A DNA stretch of 64,000 nucleotides from an uncultured Prochlorococcus sp. (lineage in GTDB: Bacteria; Cyanobacteriota; Cyanobacteriia; PCC-6307; Cyanobiaceae), in contig CACIYC010000003.1 in the NCBI GenBank assembly GCA_902590775.1, positions 117 through 64,116 on the forward strand. The letters run 5' to 3'. Below are positions 30,899 to 41,163 of this stretch, piece after piece; positions within the stretch are counted from its first letter, which is position 1, and each line of letters opens with the position of its first letter. A program made the position numbers and the translations under genes. The notes under the pieces were generated by a model, which was given only the letters and a program-made list of their open reading frames with translations, searched no databases and was not told where the DNA came from.

Positions 30899-33800
30899 AT
30901 GCAACCTTCACATTTTATCTTTAAACCAAATGACTATCCACTTGATCCTGGTTTTCGACTCATTGAGGCTAGTGCAGGTACAGGAAAAACATTCTCCCTT
31001 TCACATCTAGTATTACGTCTACTAACTGAAAAAGAATATTCTATTAATGAATTTCTGGTAATTAGTTTTACAAAGGCTACTGCTATAGAAATAAAATCTA
31101 AAATAAGTTCCCGTCTAATCGCTGCACTTAAAGGGCTTGAAAAAGATAATAAAGACTCAACAATTTTTTTGAATGACAAGGTCTTAGTTGATTGGTTGAA
31201 TAAAAAGGTCAAAGATCAAGTCACACGAGAATATTGGATAAGTCTATTACTAAAGGCTTTAGAGACTATTGACAATGCAGATATAACTACAATCCATGGG
31301 TTCTGTAGTAAAAATCTTCAAAGAGAAGCTATAGCAATAGGTGGGAATATAGATTCAAAACCCATTTCTGAAGAAGATAATAGAGAGCTAATTCTTCGAA
31401 TAATCCATGAATACTGGAGAGATCAACTTTTAGATCTATCTCCATTGCATTTGCAAGGACTACGAAATGCTGGCCTATCACTTAAGACACTTACAAATAG
31501 TTTATATGCTATAGATAATGATCCTAGTCTTAACTTAAATGTAGACAATGGAATTATTAATCCTCTAAAGCCTCTCTCATCACAATTTACAGAATGTCTC
31601 CGAGGATACTGGGATGATTTTGTAATCCAATGGCACAAAGAGGGGAATGACTTAGAGAAAATGCTTAAACAGAAAGCCATTGAATGGAAAGCAATGGGAA
31701 TAGAAAATACAAGGCCGTTTTCTCCAAACCCTAGAAAGAAAAGAAGTGTAGAAATAAGCGAATGGATTAATCAGTATAATCTTGAAACGAATACTGATAA
31801 GAGTAATGGATTTCCATCCTATAAAAATATAAGAGAAAATCTATTATTAAGAAACTTTTTTCATCCTATAAAAATAGCTGAGGTTGAACGCCGCAATAAT
31901 TTAATAGAATCATCATTAACTATGCCGGAGTTGCAAAATGCAATAGCAAACCTCTGGGATAAACCAGCTGAAATGGTATTACAACATGCACTATGCTGGT
32001 CTGTTCAAAAATTAAAAGACCTTCGTAAAGACAGTGGGTATATTACTTATAGCGATCAACTAAAGGCATTAGATCCTGAATCTCTAGATTCAGACTCAAA
32101 AGATCATATAATAAAAACATTGAGGCAGAAATATAAAGTTGTTTTAGTTGACGAATTTCAAGATACTGACCCCATTCAATGGCGAATCCTAAACAAAGCA
32201 TTTAGAGAAAGTAAATTACATCTCCTTATTATTGTAGGAGATCCAAAGCAATCTATATACAAATTTCGAGGTGGTGATCTATCTACATATCTACAAGCAA
32301 GAGATCAAGCAGACAGAATCGATTCACTAATTACAAATTATAGAGCTACTCCTGAACTCTTAAATGGACTAAATACTCTCATGAGAGATGGACTCAAATA
32401 TTCTCGATTAGACATTGTCCCTTTAATACCGGGTTCAAAGAATAACTTTCTTTCTTTTCCCAGTAATACAGTTCCTATTGAAATACTTGATCTTCAACTC
32501 AATGAAAGAATAAAAACATCACCTAGTTTTTCATTGCCATCAAAAGCTGAAGTTGATACCTACATTCCTCCAATTGTAGCCAACTATATTATTAAACTCC
32601 TTGAGAAGCATAAAGGCCAATTAAAACTAAATGATATTTGCATTCTCGTAAACCGTCATGAGCAAGGAGAAAACATTCGAAGTGGTCTAGCAAATAGTAA
32701 TCTTCCCACTCGTTTGCTTAATCAAGGTGATATACTAGATAGCAATGCAGCAATCAATCTTCAAATTTTTCTTGATTGTTTAGCTAACCCTAAAGAATCT
32801 AAAAATATTAAACTTCTTGCATGTTCTCCATTAATACAATGGGATATAGAGAATTTTAAAAGTTCTGAAATAAGTGACAACACTGATAAGCTTGTAATTA
32901 AATGCATAGATTTGTCAGAAAGGCTACAAAAGATAGGATTACTAGGCTGCTTATATGAAATTCTAAATATAGAAAATACAGCAAAACTTACAACGATCGG
33001 TAGGTTTCTTGAAGATCTAAAGCAATGTACAGAGATTATAGAAGAAGAGATACATAATAAAGGTCTGGACGCGACTCAAGCAGCAAGATGGTTCAGACAA
33101 AAGCGTCAACAACGAATAGAAGCTATTCCTGAGAACCGACGACTAAATAGCGATGTTGAAGAACACGCTATCAATATTATTACAATCCATAGAAGTAAAG
33201 GTCTTCAATTTAAAATCGTTATCTGTCCATATTTATGGCAATCAAGTCCTCTCCCAACTGGACCATTATGGCGAATCAAAGACTCTCAAGAATGGCATAT
33301 ATCTCTCACTCCAGGATGGGGTAGAAGCAACCATGTTTTGAAAGAATCAAGGAATGAATCAATAGAGGAATCTGAAAGGCTTGCATATGTAGCTCTAACT
33401 CGTGCCGAAACAAAACTCTTAATCATTTGGAGTATGGCAAAAAATCAGGAAAATAACCCTTTAAGAAATATTCTCTTTGGGAAAAAGACAACACAATACG
33501 ATCCACAGAAACTTACAAAAGAAAAGATAATTGACTGGGTGAATCCATCAGAGAATAATATTCAAGTTACCACCTTAAAGACAACAAAATCTAAGAAGAA
33601 ATGGAAGCAGTCTAAATCAATGCTGTCATTGGATACGGGTCCAATTCCACAAAGAATCCTAGATAAAAGCTGGGGAAGGCACAGCTATTCTTCATGGATA
33701 TCAACTAAAGGAAATCATAGTGACTTTTTAGAAAGTCCTAAAGACAAAGAAGACGGAAAAGATACTGAACAAAATGAAATGACTTCAACAAAAGACAATC

Positions 33801-34672
33801 TAGATAATTCTGGTCTAGATCTATCTAAGAATAAATACACCCAAAGTCCATTAGCTAATTTTCCACGTGGTCCTTTGGCTGGGGAATGTTTACACAGAAT
33901 CTTCGAAAAACTAGATTTCGATCTTTCTGTTAGCAATAATAAAACTCAATCATTAATAGAAGAAGAGCTAGAAATCAGTGGTATAAATAATTCATTAAAG
34001 AAAAATGTTCAAGATCTTCTAGAGAGAATTCTAAATATTCCTTTAGGTAAAGAACTAGAGAATTTTCAGTTCAATCAATTAGATGAGAATAGACGTATAA
34101 CAGAATTAAGTTTTGATCTATCTATGTCAATTGGAGGAAATCCTATTACGCAAAGAGAAATCTCTAAAATATTCAAAAAAACATCTGCAAAAAACTTTAA
34201 AAAGAAACATGCTGAATCTATTCAAAACCTAAATATATCAAGTAGAGGCTTTTTAACAGGTTCAATTGATCTTGTCTTTACCGACAAAAAAGAAACTAAA
34301 GAGGCTCGTTGGTGGGTGGTTGATTGGAAAAGCAACTGGCTAGGAGAAATCAATGAAGAAAACCAAGAGAGAAATTGTAGTCCAATTCATTATTCAAGGT
34401 CCTCAATGGAAAATCAAATGATATCTCATAACTACCATTTGCAAGCATATATCTACCTAGTTGCTCTACATAGATATCTCAAATGGAGATTAGTAAATTA
34501 CGATCCAAGCAAACATCTAGGAGGATACATTTATATATTCCTTAGAGGGGTTCCAAATCACCAAGAAATAAGAAGATTTTCAATTAAGAAAGATATACCA
34601 GGAATCATTATTGAAAGAACATCCTTAGAGCAGGTAATCGAATTAGATTCCTTAATCAAGCGAGGAGGATAA
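30899..34672 (+). CDS. recB: Exodeoxyribonuclease V beta subunit (helicase/nuclease)
   Basis: EASAGTGKT, VDEFQDTD, VGDPKQSIYKFRG, TIHRSKGL, YVALTRA; C-terminal nuclease GSIDLV...VVDWKSN...LQAYIY. Confidence 0.95.
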   Translation: MQPSHFIFKPNDYPLDPGFRLIEASAGTGKTFSLSHLVLRLLTEKEYSINEFLVISFTKATAIEIKSKISSRLIAALKGLEKDNKDSTIFLNDKVLVDWLNKKVKDQVTREYWISLLLKALETIDNADITTIHGFCSKNLQREAIAIGGNIDSKPISEEDNRELILRIIHEYWRDQLLDLSPLHLQGLRNAGLSLKTLTNSLYAIDNDPSLNLNVDNGIINPLKPLSSQFTECLRGYWDDFVIQWHKEGNDLEKMLKQKAIEWKAMGIENTRPFSPNPRKKRSVEISEWINQYNLETNTDKSNGFPSYKNIRENLLLRNFFHPIKIAEVERRNNLIESSLTMPELQNAIANLWDKPAEMVLQHALCWSVQKLKDLRKDSGYITYSDQLKALDPESLDSDSKDHIIKTLRQKYKVVLVDEFQDTDPIQWRILNKAFRESKLHLLIIVGDPKQSIYKFRGGDLSTYLQARDQADRIDSLITNYRATPELLNGLNTLMRDGLKYSRLDIVPLIPGSKNNFLSFPSNTVPIEILDLQLNERIKTSPSFSLPSKAEVDTYIPPIVANYIIKLLEKHKGQLKLNDICILVNRHEQGENIRSGLANSNLPTRLLNQGDILDSNAAINLQIFLDCLANPKESKNIKLLACSPLIQWDIENFKSSEISDNTDKLVIKCIDLSERLQKIGLLGCLYEILNIENTAKLTTIGRFLEDLKQCTEIIEEEIHNKGLDATQAARWFRQKRQQRIEAIPENRRLNSDVEEHAINIITIHRSKGLQFKIVICPYLWQSSPLPTGPLWRIKDSQEWHISLTPGWGRSNHVLKESRNESIEESERLAYVALTRAETKLLIIWSMAKNQENNPLRNILFGKKTTQYDPQKLTKEKIIDWVNPSENNIQVTTLKTTKSKKKWKQSKSMLSLDTGPIPQRILDKSWGRHSYSSWISTKGNHSDFLESPKDKEDGKDTEQNEMTSTKDNLDNSGLDLSKNKYTQSPLANFPRGPLAGECLHRIFEKLDFDLSVSNNKTQSLIEEELEISGINNSLKKNVQDLLERILNIPLGKELENFQFNQLDENRRITELSFDLSMSIGGNPITQREISKIFKKTSAKNFKKKHAESIQNLNISSRGFLTGSIDLVFTDKKETKEARWWVVDWKSNWLGEINEENQERNCSPIHYSRSSMENQMISHNYHLQAYIYLVALHRYLKWRLVNYDPSKHLGGYIYIFLRGVPNHQEIRRFSIKKDIPGIIIERTSLEQVIELDSLIKRGG

Positions 34673-36384
34673 TGCGTATTCACGAAAAGTCTCAATCCCA
34701 TTCAAAAATAGCCATAGCCTTATACAAAATTTTAAGTAAGCGGATCCCTCATAATAGTTCATGTGTTCATCTAAAAGATCTCGTCCATTTACTAATGGAG
34801 GCATTGTCTAGAGGGGAAATCTCAATTAGTTTTGATCAAGACCATTCAAAGAACACGTCGAAAACTGATGGATGGCCTGATGAACATATAAACGAAATAA
34901 AATCAAGTGGGTGGTTAGATGGAGATAAATCTCCAATGGTTTTGAAGGGAATTGAACTTAGCTGGAGACGTTGGCATGAAGAAATGAAAAGCCTACTAGA
35001 AACATTATTAGAAAAATCATTTAGCAAGCCAAAGTACATTAAGAGCATAAGCTCAAAAGATCCTTTTCAAGGGACATCAAAACTTAACTCAAAACAATTA
35101 TCTGCAGTAAATGCTATTTCTAAAACTAATTTATTACTACTCAGTGGAGGACCTGGTACAGGGAAAACTAGCACAATAGTTAGCATACTAATTTACGCAT
35201 TATCTATTGAAGATAGCCTGAAAATAGGTCTTGCCGCACCAACTGGCAAAGCAACTAGAAGATTAGAGGACACAATCCAAAATTCCTTAAAAAATGTAGA
35301 TAATAAATATACAGAAAAACTATTAGATATTCCTTGTTTGACAATTCACAGCTGGTTACAAGCCAATGAAGAAGGGTTTATCAAATGCAAAACCAACAAA
35401 CTAAAGCTTGATATTCTCATCATAGATGAGATGTCAATGGTTGACATCTCACTAATGCAAGGAGTTATCAATGCTCTACCTAATCAAAGTCAACTAATAT
35501 TAGTAGGAGATCTTGATCAGCTACCTCCAGTTGGTATTGGTGCTGTTTGGAATGAGCTACAAAGAAAGAATAATCAATTTAACTTTAAACATTGTGCAGT
35601 TCATCTTACTAAACTCTATCGCAATAGAGGAGAATTAGCTTCTTTATCTAAAGTCATAAGAAGTAAGAGTTTAGAATCTTTTTTCAAAAAACTTACGCAC
35701 TTGCCAAATAAATCAAATGTAAAAGTTATTTCATCCTCATCAAAAGGAGAAATACCTAAAACAATAATTCAGTCAATTAGATCTCATGAAAAGTCTCTTA
35801 CAAAGTTAAGAATAAAATTAAAGAATTTAATGCAATCAAATAGGAACGATCTAAATAGTGCAGAAGAAAACCAAGCTGCTGAAAATTTACTAAATTGTCT
35901 AGATCAACTAATTGTTCTCTGCCCTAGACGATATGGCCTATGGAGTGTGGATCATATACATAAGACATTATTAGGAGAAAAACTAAAGGAAGGAGTATCA
36001 CAATGGCCTGAAGGGACCCCAGTAATTTGCAGCCAAAATCAAAATGAACTGCATCTTTCTAACGGAGATATTGGAATGATAATAGAAAGAAGAAAATGCA
36101 AATATCTATTATTTAGAGTTAACTCAGTTGATGAGAAAAAAAGGTGCCAATTAATTCATCCTGCAAGAGTTAAGATTATTGAACCTGCATATGCAATAAC
36201 AATACATAAAGCGCAAGGGAGTGAATCTAACCATGTAATATGTATGTGGCCAAACCAACCAAAAAGTAAGCCTATTGGATATAGAGATTTTAGAGAGAAT
36301 GAGGATTATGAAAAAAAATTAATTTATACAGCTATCACAAGAGCAAAAATAGAATTAAATCTTGCAATATTTCTAGAAAGCTAA
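34672..36384 (+). CDS. recD: Exodeoxyribonuclease V alpha subunit
   Basis: GGPGTGKT, APTGKA, IDEMSMV, GDLDQLPPV, AITIHKAQGSE, YTAITRA; TAATG overlap with recB. Confidence 0.93.
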   Translation: MRIHEKSQSHSKIAIALYKILSKRIPHNSSCVHLKDLVHLLMEALSRGEISISFDQDHSKNTSKTDGWPDEHINEIKSSGWLDGDKSPMVLKGIELSWRRWHEEMKSLLETLLEKSFSKPKYIKSISSKDPFQGTSKLNSKQLSAVNAISKTNLLLLSGGPGTGKTSTIVSILIYALSIEDSLKIGLAAPTGKATRRLEDTIQNSLKNVDNKYTEKLLDIPCLTIHSWLQANEEGFIKCKTNKLKLDILIIDEMSMVDISLMQGVINALPNQSQLILVGDLDQLPPVGIGAVWNELQRKNNQFNFKHCAVHLTKLYRNRGELASLSKVIRSKSLESFFKKLTHLPNKSNVKVISSSSKGEIPKTIIQSIRSHEKSLTKLRIKLKNLMQSNRNDLNSAEENQAAENLLNCLDQLIVLCPRRYGLWSVDHIHKTLLGEKLKEGVSQWPEGTPVICSQNQNELHLSNGDIGMIIERRKCKYLLFRVNSVDEKKRCQLIHPARVKIIEPAYAITIHKAQGSESNHVICMWPNQPKSKPIGYRDFRENEDYEKKLIYTAITRAKIELNLAIFLES

Positions 36385-36426
36385 GAATATGAAGTTAACA
36401 AAAAAAGTTTAATTTGCCTCACAAAA

Positions 36427-36535
36427 TGATAGATTAAAAAGAACCTAGAAAAAGGTGAGTCAACAAAGCACGGTTATTGCCGATTGGAGGTTGTCTGCCT
36501 GACTTTTAAGGGTATTCAGGTGAGCAATTTCCCAA
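36427..36535 (+). promoter_or_regulatory. Extended -10 promoter (TGaTAGATT) and structured 5' leader of the DEAD-box helicase gene
   Basis: TG-A-TAGATT at 36427-36435; GC-enriched leader with nested stems and an alternative hairpin covering the SD-like AGGTGAG. Confidence 0.5.
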
Positions 36536-38350
36536 ATGGCAAAAACAAAATCAACTAAGGATATTACATCTTTAGATACCTCCGAAAAATCAAATCAATC
36601 TGATTTTAATAAAGTTATTGACTCATTAGAAAATCAGGAAGAAAAAAAAGAAAATGGCAAAGATAAACAAGTAATTAATATCGAAAAAGGTTTTGACTGT
36701 TTTGGATTTAGCGAAGGTCTTATAACAACTCTCGCAAATAAAGGGTACGTAGATCCTACACCCATTCAAAAGGCTGCAATTCCTGAATTGATGCTTGGAA
36801 GAGACTTATTAGGTCAAGCACAAACAGGTACCGGAAAAACAGCAGCATTTGCTTTGCCATTACTTGAAAGGATTAACAATAAAGAGCAGCATCCTCAGGT
36901 TCTTGTCCTAACACCTACTCGTGAACTTGCAATGCAGGTCGCTGAATCATTTAAAGCATATTCAGAAGGACATCCAAATATCAAGATATTAGCTTTGTAC
37001 GGAGGATCTGATTTTAGATCACAGATTTATTCACTTAAAAGAGGTATTGAAATTGTTGTAGGGACACCCGGTCGAGTAATGGACCACATCCGCCAAGGAA
37101 CATTAATTCAAGAAGCTCTTCAATGTCTAGTCCTTGATGAAGCAGATGAAATGCTAAGGATGGGTTTTATTGACGATATTGAGTGGATCCTTGAACAATT
37201 GCCTAATGAACGTCAAATGGTATTATTCTCTGCGACAATGCCGCCGGAGATCAGAAGATTATCAAAAAGATATCTCAAAGATCCAGCTGAAATCACAATT
37301 AAATCCAAGAAGAAAGAAGCCCAGCTAATCAGACAAAGATACATAACAATGCAAAATAGCTATAAGCTTGAGGTCCTTAAACGAGTGCTAGAATTAAACC
37401 TAGGTGAAGGAGTTATAATATTTGCAAGAACAAAAGCAATTACACTAAAGCTTGCGGAAAGCTTAGAAGCATCAAAACATAATGTAGCCGTACTTAATGG
37501 AGATGTCCCACAAAATCTTAGAGAAAGGACAGTGGAAAGACTAAAGAATGGAGGTATAGATGTACTGGTTGCGACTGATGTGGCCGCTAGAGGGTTGGAC
37601 GTAGAAAGGATAAGCTTGGTAATAAACTATGACATGCCTTTTGATTCTGAAGCATACGTTCATCGCATAGGGAGGACTGGAAGAGCTGGAAGAACTGGCG
37701 ACGCCATCCTGTTTATTAGTCCCAGAGAAAGATCTTTTCTAGGCAACTTAGAAAGAGCTGGAGGTCAAAAAATAGAAAAAATGGAAATTCCTAATAATGA
37801 AACTATTAACAAACATAGAGTTGAGAAAATTAAAAAAGATTTAATAAGGAACGCATCAAGCAAAAGGAAAACATCTGAAGAGTTAAGTTTATTAAAAGGA
37901 ATTGTTGATGAAATAGAGAGTGAACTTGAGTTAACTTCTAAAGAAATTGCACTAGCAGCGTTAAATCTCGCTTTAGGAGAATCTACTACCCTGTTAGCAA
38001 GTGATGATGAGAACTGGATAAATCAAGCAGAGAGGTATAGCAGGAGTAATGATCGTCGTGATAGTAGAGGTCGAAACCGAAGACGACACGAAATTGGGCC
38101 AAACTCCAACGATAAAGATAAAGATCGCTTTAGAGTAGAAGTTGGTCATCGTGACAGAGTAAAACCTGGCAATATAGTGGGTGCTATTGCAAATGAAGCG
38201 GGAATAAATGGACGTATGATTGGGCGAATCCAAATCTTTGAAAATTACAGCTTAGTCGACCTCCCTAAAGGAATGCCTACATCTATTTTCCAGAACCTTA
38301 AAAAAGTAAAGATCATGAATAAAGAGCTAAATATTAACAGACAAAATTAA
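36536..38350 (+). CDS. deaD: DEAD-box RNA helicase (DeaD/CsdA type)
   Basis: Q motif, AQTGTGKT, PTRELA, DEADEM, SAT, TDVAARGLD, HRIGRTGR; C-terminal DbpA-type RNA-binding domain. Confidence 0.95.
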   Translation: MAKTKSTKDITSLDTSEKSNQSDFNKVIDSLENQEEKKENGKDKQVINIEKGFDCFGFSEGLITTLANKGYVDPTPIQKAAIPELMLGRDLLGQAQTGTGKTAAFALPLLERINNKEQHPQVLVLTPTRELAMQVAESFKAYSEGHPNIKILALYGGSDFRSQIYSLKRGIEIVVGTPGRVMDHIRQGTLIQEALQCLVLDEADEMLRMGFIDDIEWILEQLPNERQMVLFSATMPPEIRRLSKRYLKDPAEITIKSKKKEAQLIRQRYITMQNSYKLEVLKRVLELNLGEGVIIFARTKAITLKLAESLEASKHNVAVLNGDVPQNLRERTVERLKNGGIDVLVATDVAARGLDVERISLVINYDMPFDSEAYVHRIGRTGRAGRTGDAILFISPRERSFLGNLERAGGQKIEKMEIPNNETINKHRVEKIKKDLIRNASSKRKTSEELSLLKGIVDEIESELELTSKEIALAALNLALGESTTLLASDDENWINQAERYSRSNDRRDSRGRNRRRHEIGPNSNDKDKDRFRVEVGHRDRVKPGNIVGAIANEAGINGRMIGRIQIFENYSLVDLPKGMPTSIFQNLKKVKIMNKELNINRQN

Positions 38351-38361
38351 ATAGATTTTTT

Positions 38362-38649
38362 ATGAATAACATTCCTAAACTTATATCATTAAAATTTCTA
38401 ATTATTTTAATAGGAATTTCATTATCACTATTTAACAGAAGTTCTCGTTCTGAAGGTTTAGATATAATTGTCAAGGAATTATGTCTTGAGGGATTCAAAA
38501 AAGAATTAGATTATAATCAGAAAATGATCAATATGGAAATTGGTGAATATACATGTGATTGTTTTCTAAGTAAAATCAAAGAGAATATAACCTTTGATCT
38601 AGCGATTCAAAGTTGCAAAAAAGACGCTTCAAAGAGATTTGAGTTTTAA
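38362..38649 (+). CDS. Small exported 4-Cys protein of unknown function
   Basis: Hydrophobic N-terminus, then C...CxC...C pattern (ELC, YTCDC, QSC). Confidence 0.7.
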   Translation: MNNIPKLISLKFLIILIGISLSLFNRSSRSEGLDIIVKELCLEGFKKELDYNQKMINMEIGEYTCDCFLSKIKENITFDLAIQSCKKDASKRFEF

Positions 38650-38666
38650 TAAACTTATAAACCCTA

Positions 38667-40469
38667 ATGAAGAAACTAACATTAAATTCCAAAAAAGAAT
38701 TAGACAATAATCCTTTATTTAGGCTTATAAAAAATCAATATAAACAAAGATCACTAATCATATGTGCTTCAACTTGCTCAATACTAAATAAAATATTTGA
38801 TCTTGCTCCTCCTGTTCTTATAGGTCTATCTATAGACGTAGTAGTCAGAGAAAAGTCATCATGGCTAGCAAGTTTTGGATTTGAATCTGTACCACTTCAA
38901 ATATTTATACTTGCTATTGCATCATTTATCATCTGGAGTGCCGAATCATTCTTTGAATACTTATACGCTTTGCTCTGGAGAAACCTTGCACAAAGCACAC
39001 AGCACAATTTAAGAATACAAGCATATAACCATCTGCAAAAACTGGAAATGTCTTTCTTTGAGAATGACAGTTCAGGCCGCTTACTAGCTATATTGAACGA
39101 TGATATCAATCAATTAGAGAGGTTCTTAGATCAGGGTGCCAATCAATTGCTTCAATTGTTTGTAACTGTTTTTTTAGTAGGTACAGCAATGGTCCTACTG
39201 GCTCCAGGAGTTGCAATATTTGCATTTATACCAATACCTATCATTCTCTGGGGATCAATAAAATTTCAAAAGCAACTGGCACCAAAATACAAAGACGTAA
39301 GAAGAAAAGCTGGTGATCTCGCAGCCCGATTAAGCAATAATCTTGGTGGAATGCTTACAATCAAAAGTTTTGCGACTGAATCATGGGAGCTTGATCGACT
39401 GAGATTAGATAGTCACTCATACCAAAGAAGTAATAGAGAAGCAATAAAACTCTCAGCTGCCTTTATCCCACTTATCCGTTTTGCAATTCTATTTGCATTT
39501 CTTGCAATTCTTATTATTGGAGGGCTAAATGCATCGGAAGGGAAACTAGAAATTGGAATCTACAGTTTCCTTGTATTTATAACCCAACGATTGCTTTGGC
39601 CTCTTACGACACTAGGACATGTTCTTGACGAATATCAGAGATCGATGGCTTCTATTAATAGAGTTCTTGACCTAATTGACGAACCAATAATAATTTCAGG
39701 AGGTTCTCTAAAACTTGAGCCAAAGAAAGTAATAGGAGATATAAGTTTTAAAAATGTTTGCTTCAAATATCATAATAGAGAAAACCTTCTAACAAATTTT
39801 AATTTAGACATAGTAGCTGGAACCACAATTGGAATTGTTGGCTCTACAGGATCTGGCAAAAGTAGTTTAGTTAAGTTAATTCTCAGACTATATGAAATAA
39901 CTTCCGGACAAATACAACTTGATGGCATTCCCATACAAAAATTTAATCTGCGCGATTTACGAAGATCTATAGCTCTCGTTAGTCAAGACGTATATCTCTT
40001 TCATGGAACAATTGAAGAAAATATTGCATATGGAAATAACAATGCCTCATTTAAAGAAATAGAAAAAGCTGCAACGCTTGCTGAAGCCTCAGAGTTCATT
40101 GAAAAGCTACCAAGAAGATATAAAACTCTTGTTGGAGAACGTGGCCAAAAACTTTCTGGTGGTCAATGCCAAAGAATTGCTTTAGCAAGAGCAATCCTAA
40201 AAGATGCTCCAATCCTTATTCTCGATGAAGCAACAGCATCTGTAGACAATGAAACTGAAGCTGCTATTCAAAGATCTCTAGCAAAAGTAACATCTAACAG
40301 AACCACTTTGGTTATTGCTCATAGATTAAGCACCATTCAAAATGCAGATAGAATTATTGTTTTAAATGAAGGATCAATCATTGAATCAGGTACTCATGAA
40401 TCTTTACTAAAAAAGGAGGGACTTTATTCAAATTTATGGAGTGTTCAAGCTGGTTCAATTCAAATTTGA
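38667..40469 (+). CDS. ABC exporter, fused permease/ATPase (MsbA/MdlB-like)
   Basis: N-terminal TM domain, GSTGSGKS, LSGGQ, ILDEAT, IAHRLST. Confidence 0.93.
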   Translation: MKKLTLNSKKELDNNPLFRLIKNQYKQRSLIICASTCSILNKIFDLAPPVLIGLSIDVVVREKSSWLASFGFESVPLQIFILAIASFIIWSAESFFEYLYALLWRNLAQSTQHNLRIQAYNHLQKLEMSFFENDSSGRLLAILNDDINQLERFLDQGANQLLQLFVTVFLVGTAMVLLAPGVAIFAFIPIPIILWGSIKFQKQLAPKYKDVRRKAGDLAARLSNNLGGMLTIKSFATESWELDRLRLDSHSYQRSNREAIKLSAAFIPLIRFAILFAFLAILIIGGLNASEGKLEIGIYSFLVFITQRLLWPLTTLGHVLDEYQRSMASINRVLDLIDEPIIISGGSLKLEPKKVIGDISFKNVCFKYHNRENLLTNFNLDIVAGTTIGIVGSTGSGKSSLVKLILRLYEITSGQIQLDGIPIQKFNLRDLRRSIALVSQDVYLFHGTIEENIAYGNNNASFKEIEKAATLAEASEFIEKLPRRYKTLVGERGQKLSGGQCQRIALARAILKDAPILILDEATASVDNETEAAIQRSLAKVTSNRTTLVIAHRLSTIQNADRIIVLNEGSIIESGTHESLLKKEGLYSNLWSVQAGSIQI

Positions 40470-40504
40470 GATTTAAACTCTTATTCTTTTTCTTCTAAGA
40501 GAGT

Positions 40505-41062
40505 TTATATAAAGAAATTGAATGAGTTTATTACACGCTTGAATAGATCCTCTACATTTTTCCATCTAACATCATTCGTACCAGCAGCAAAAGTATACAA
40601 ATATCCGTGATCTACTACAACTGTTGCAAGTTCATGACGATCTCGTTCAGAAAGATGAATCAAATATTCAATATCATAAAAAGTTCTTCCATCTACATCT
40701 CTTGCATTCGCATCAATTAATTCTGCCTTTCTATCCCCTCCATCAGGAGCCAACAAATTGTTCATCAATCTTTCTCCCACCTCTAAGGGGCTGCCAATTT
40801 TCTTAAGCTCAATATCATCAGAAACATCTGAGATAACAAGACTTAAAGTCTCGTCACTATTAATTAGATCATGAAAAACAAGTTCAGGGCCATCCTTAAC
40901 TGCAATGCGGGTCCATCCTATTGGATAAAAGAAACCATAACGTCCATCTCCACTTTTAAAAGTTTCTAGCCCTGAAGTCATACCAGCACTACAAGAACTA
41001 AGAGAGCAAATAAGAAATATTAAGGCAAAGAAGCGTACTGATGATCGAAGTAAAGATCTCAT
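40505..41062 (-). CDS. psbP: CyanoP / PsbP-like lumenal lipoprotein
   Basis: Lipobox LSSC, DGRYGFFYP.GW, FHDLINSDETLSLV, RHELATV, LYTF. Confidence 0.9.
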   Translation of the reverse strand: MRSLLRSSVRFFALIFLICSLSSCSAGMTSGLETFKSGDGRYGFFYPIGWTRIAVKDGPELVFHDLINSDETLSLVISDVSDDIELKKIGSPLEVGERLMNNLLAPDGGDRKAELIDANARDVDGRTFYDIEYLIHLSERDRHELATVVVDHGYLYTFAAGTNDVRWKNVEDLFKRVINSFNFFI

Positions 41063-41163
41063 GATTTTCTTTATAAAGAAATATCTATAGCAATAATTTA
41101 CTTACATACATAAGAATTAGTAAATTTCACTTTAAGACTTAAGGTGTTTAAATTCTTATATGT

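Noticed and set aside
27011-40469. recC-recB-recD-deaD-ABC as a novel anti-phage helicase/nuclease system
   Set aside because: All components carry canonical housekeeping RecBCD and DeaD motifs in a core-genome context, with no defence or mobility genes nearby.
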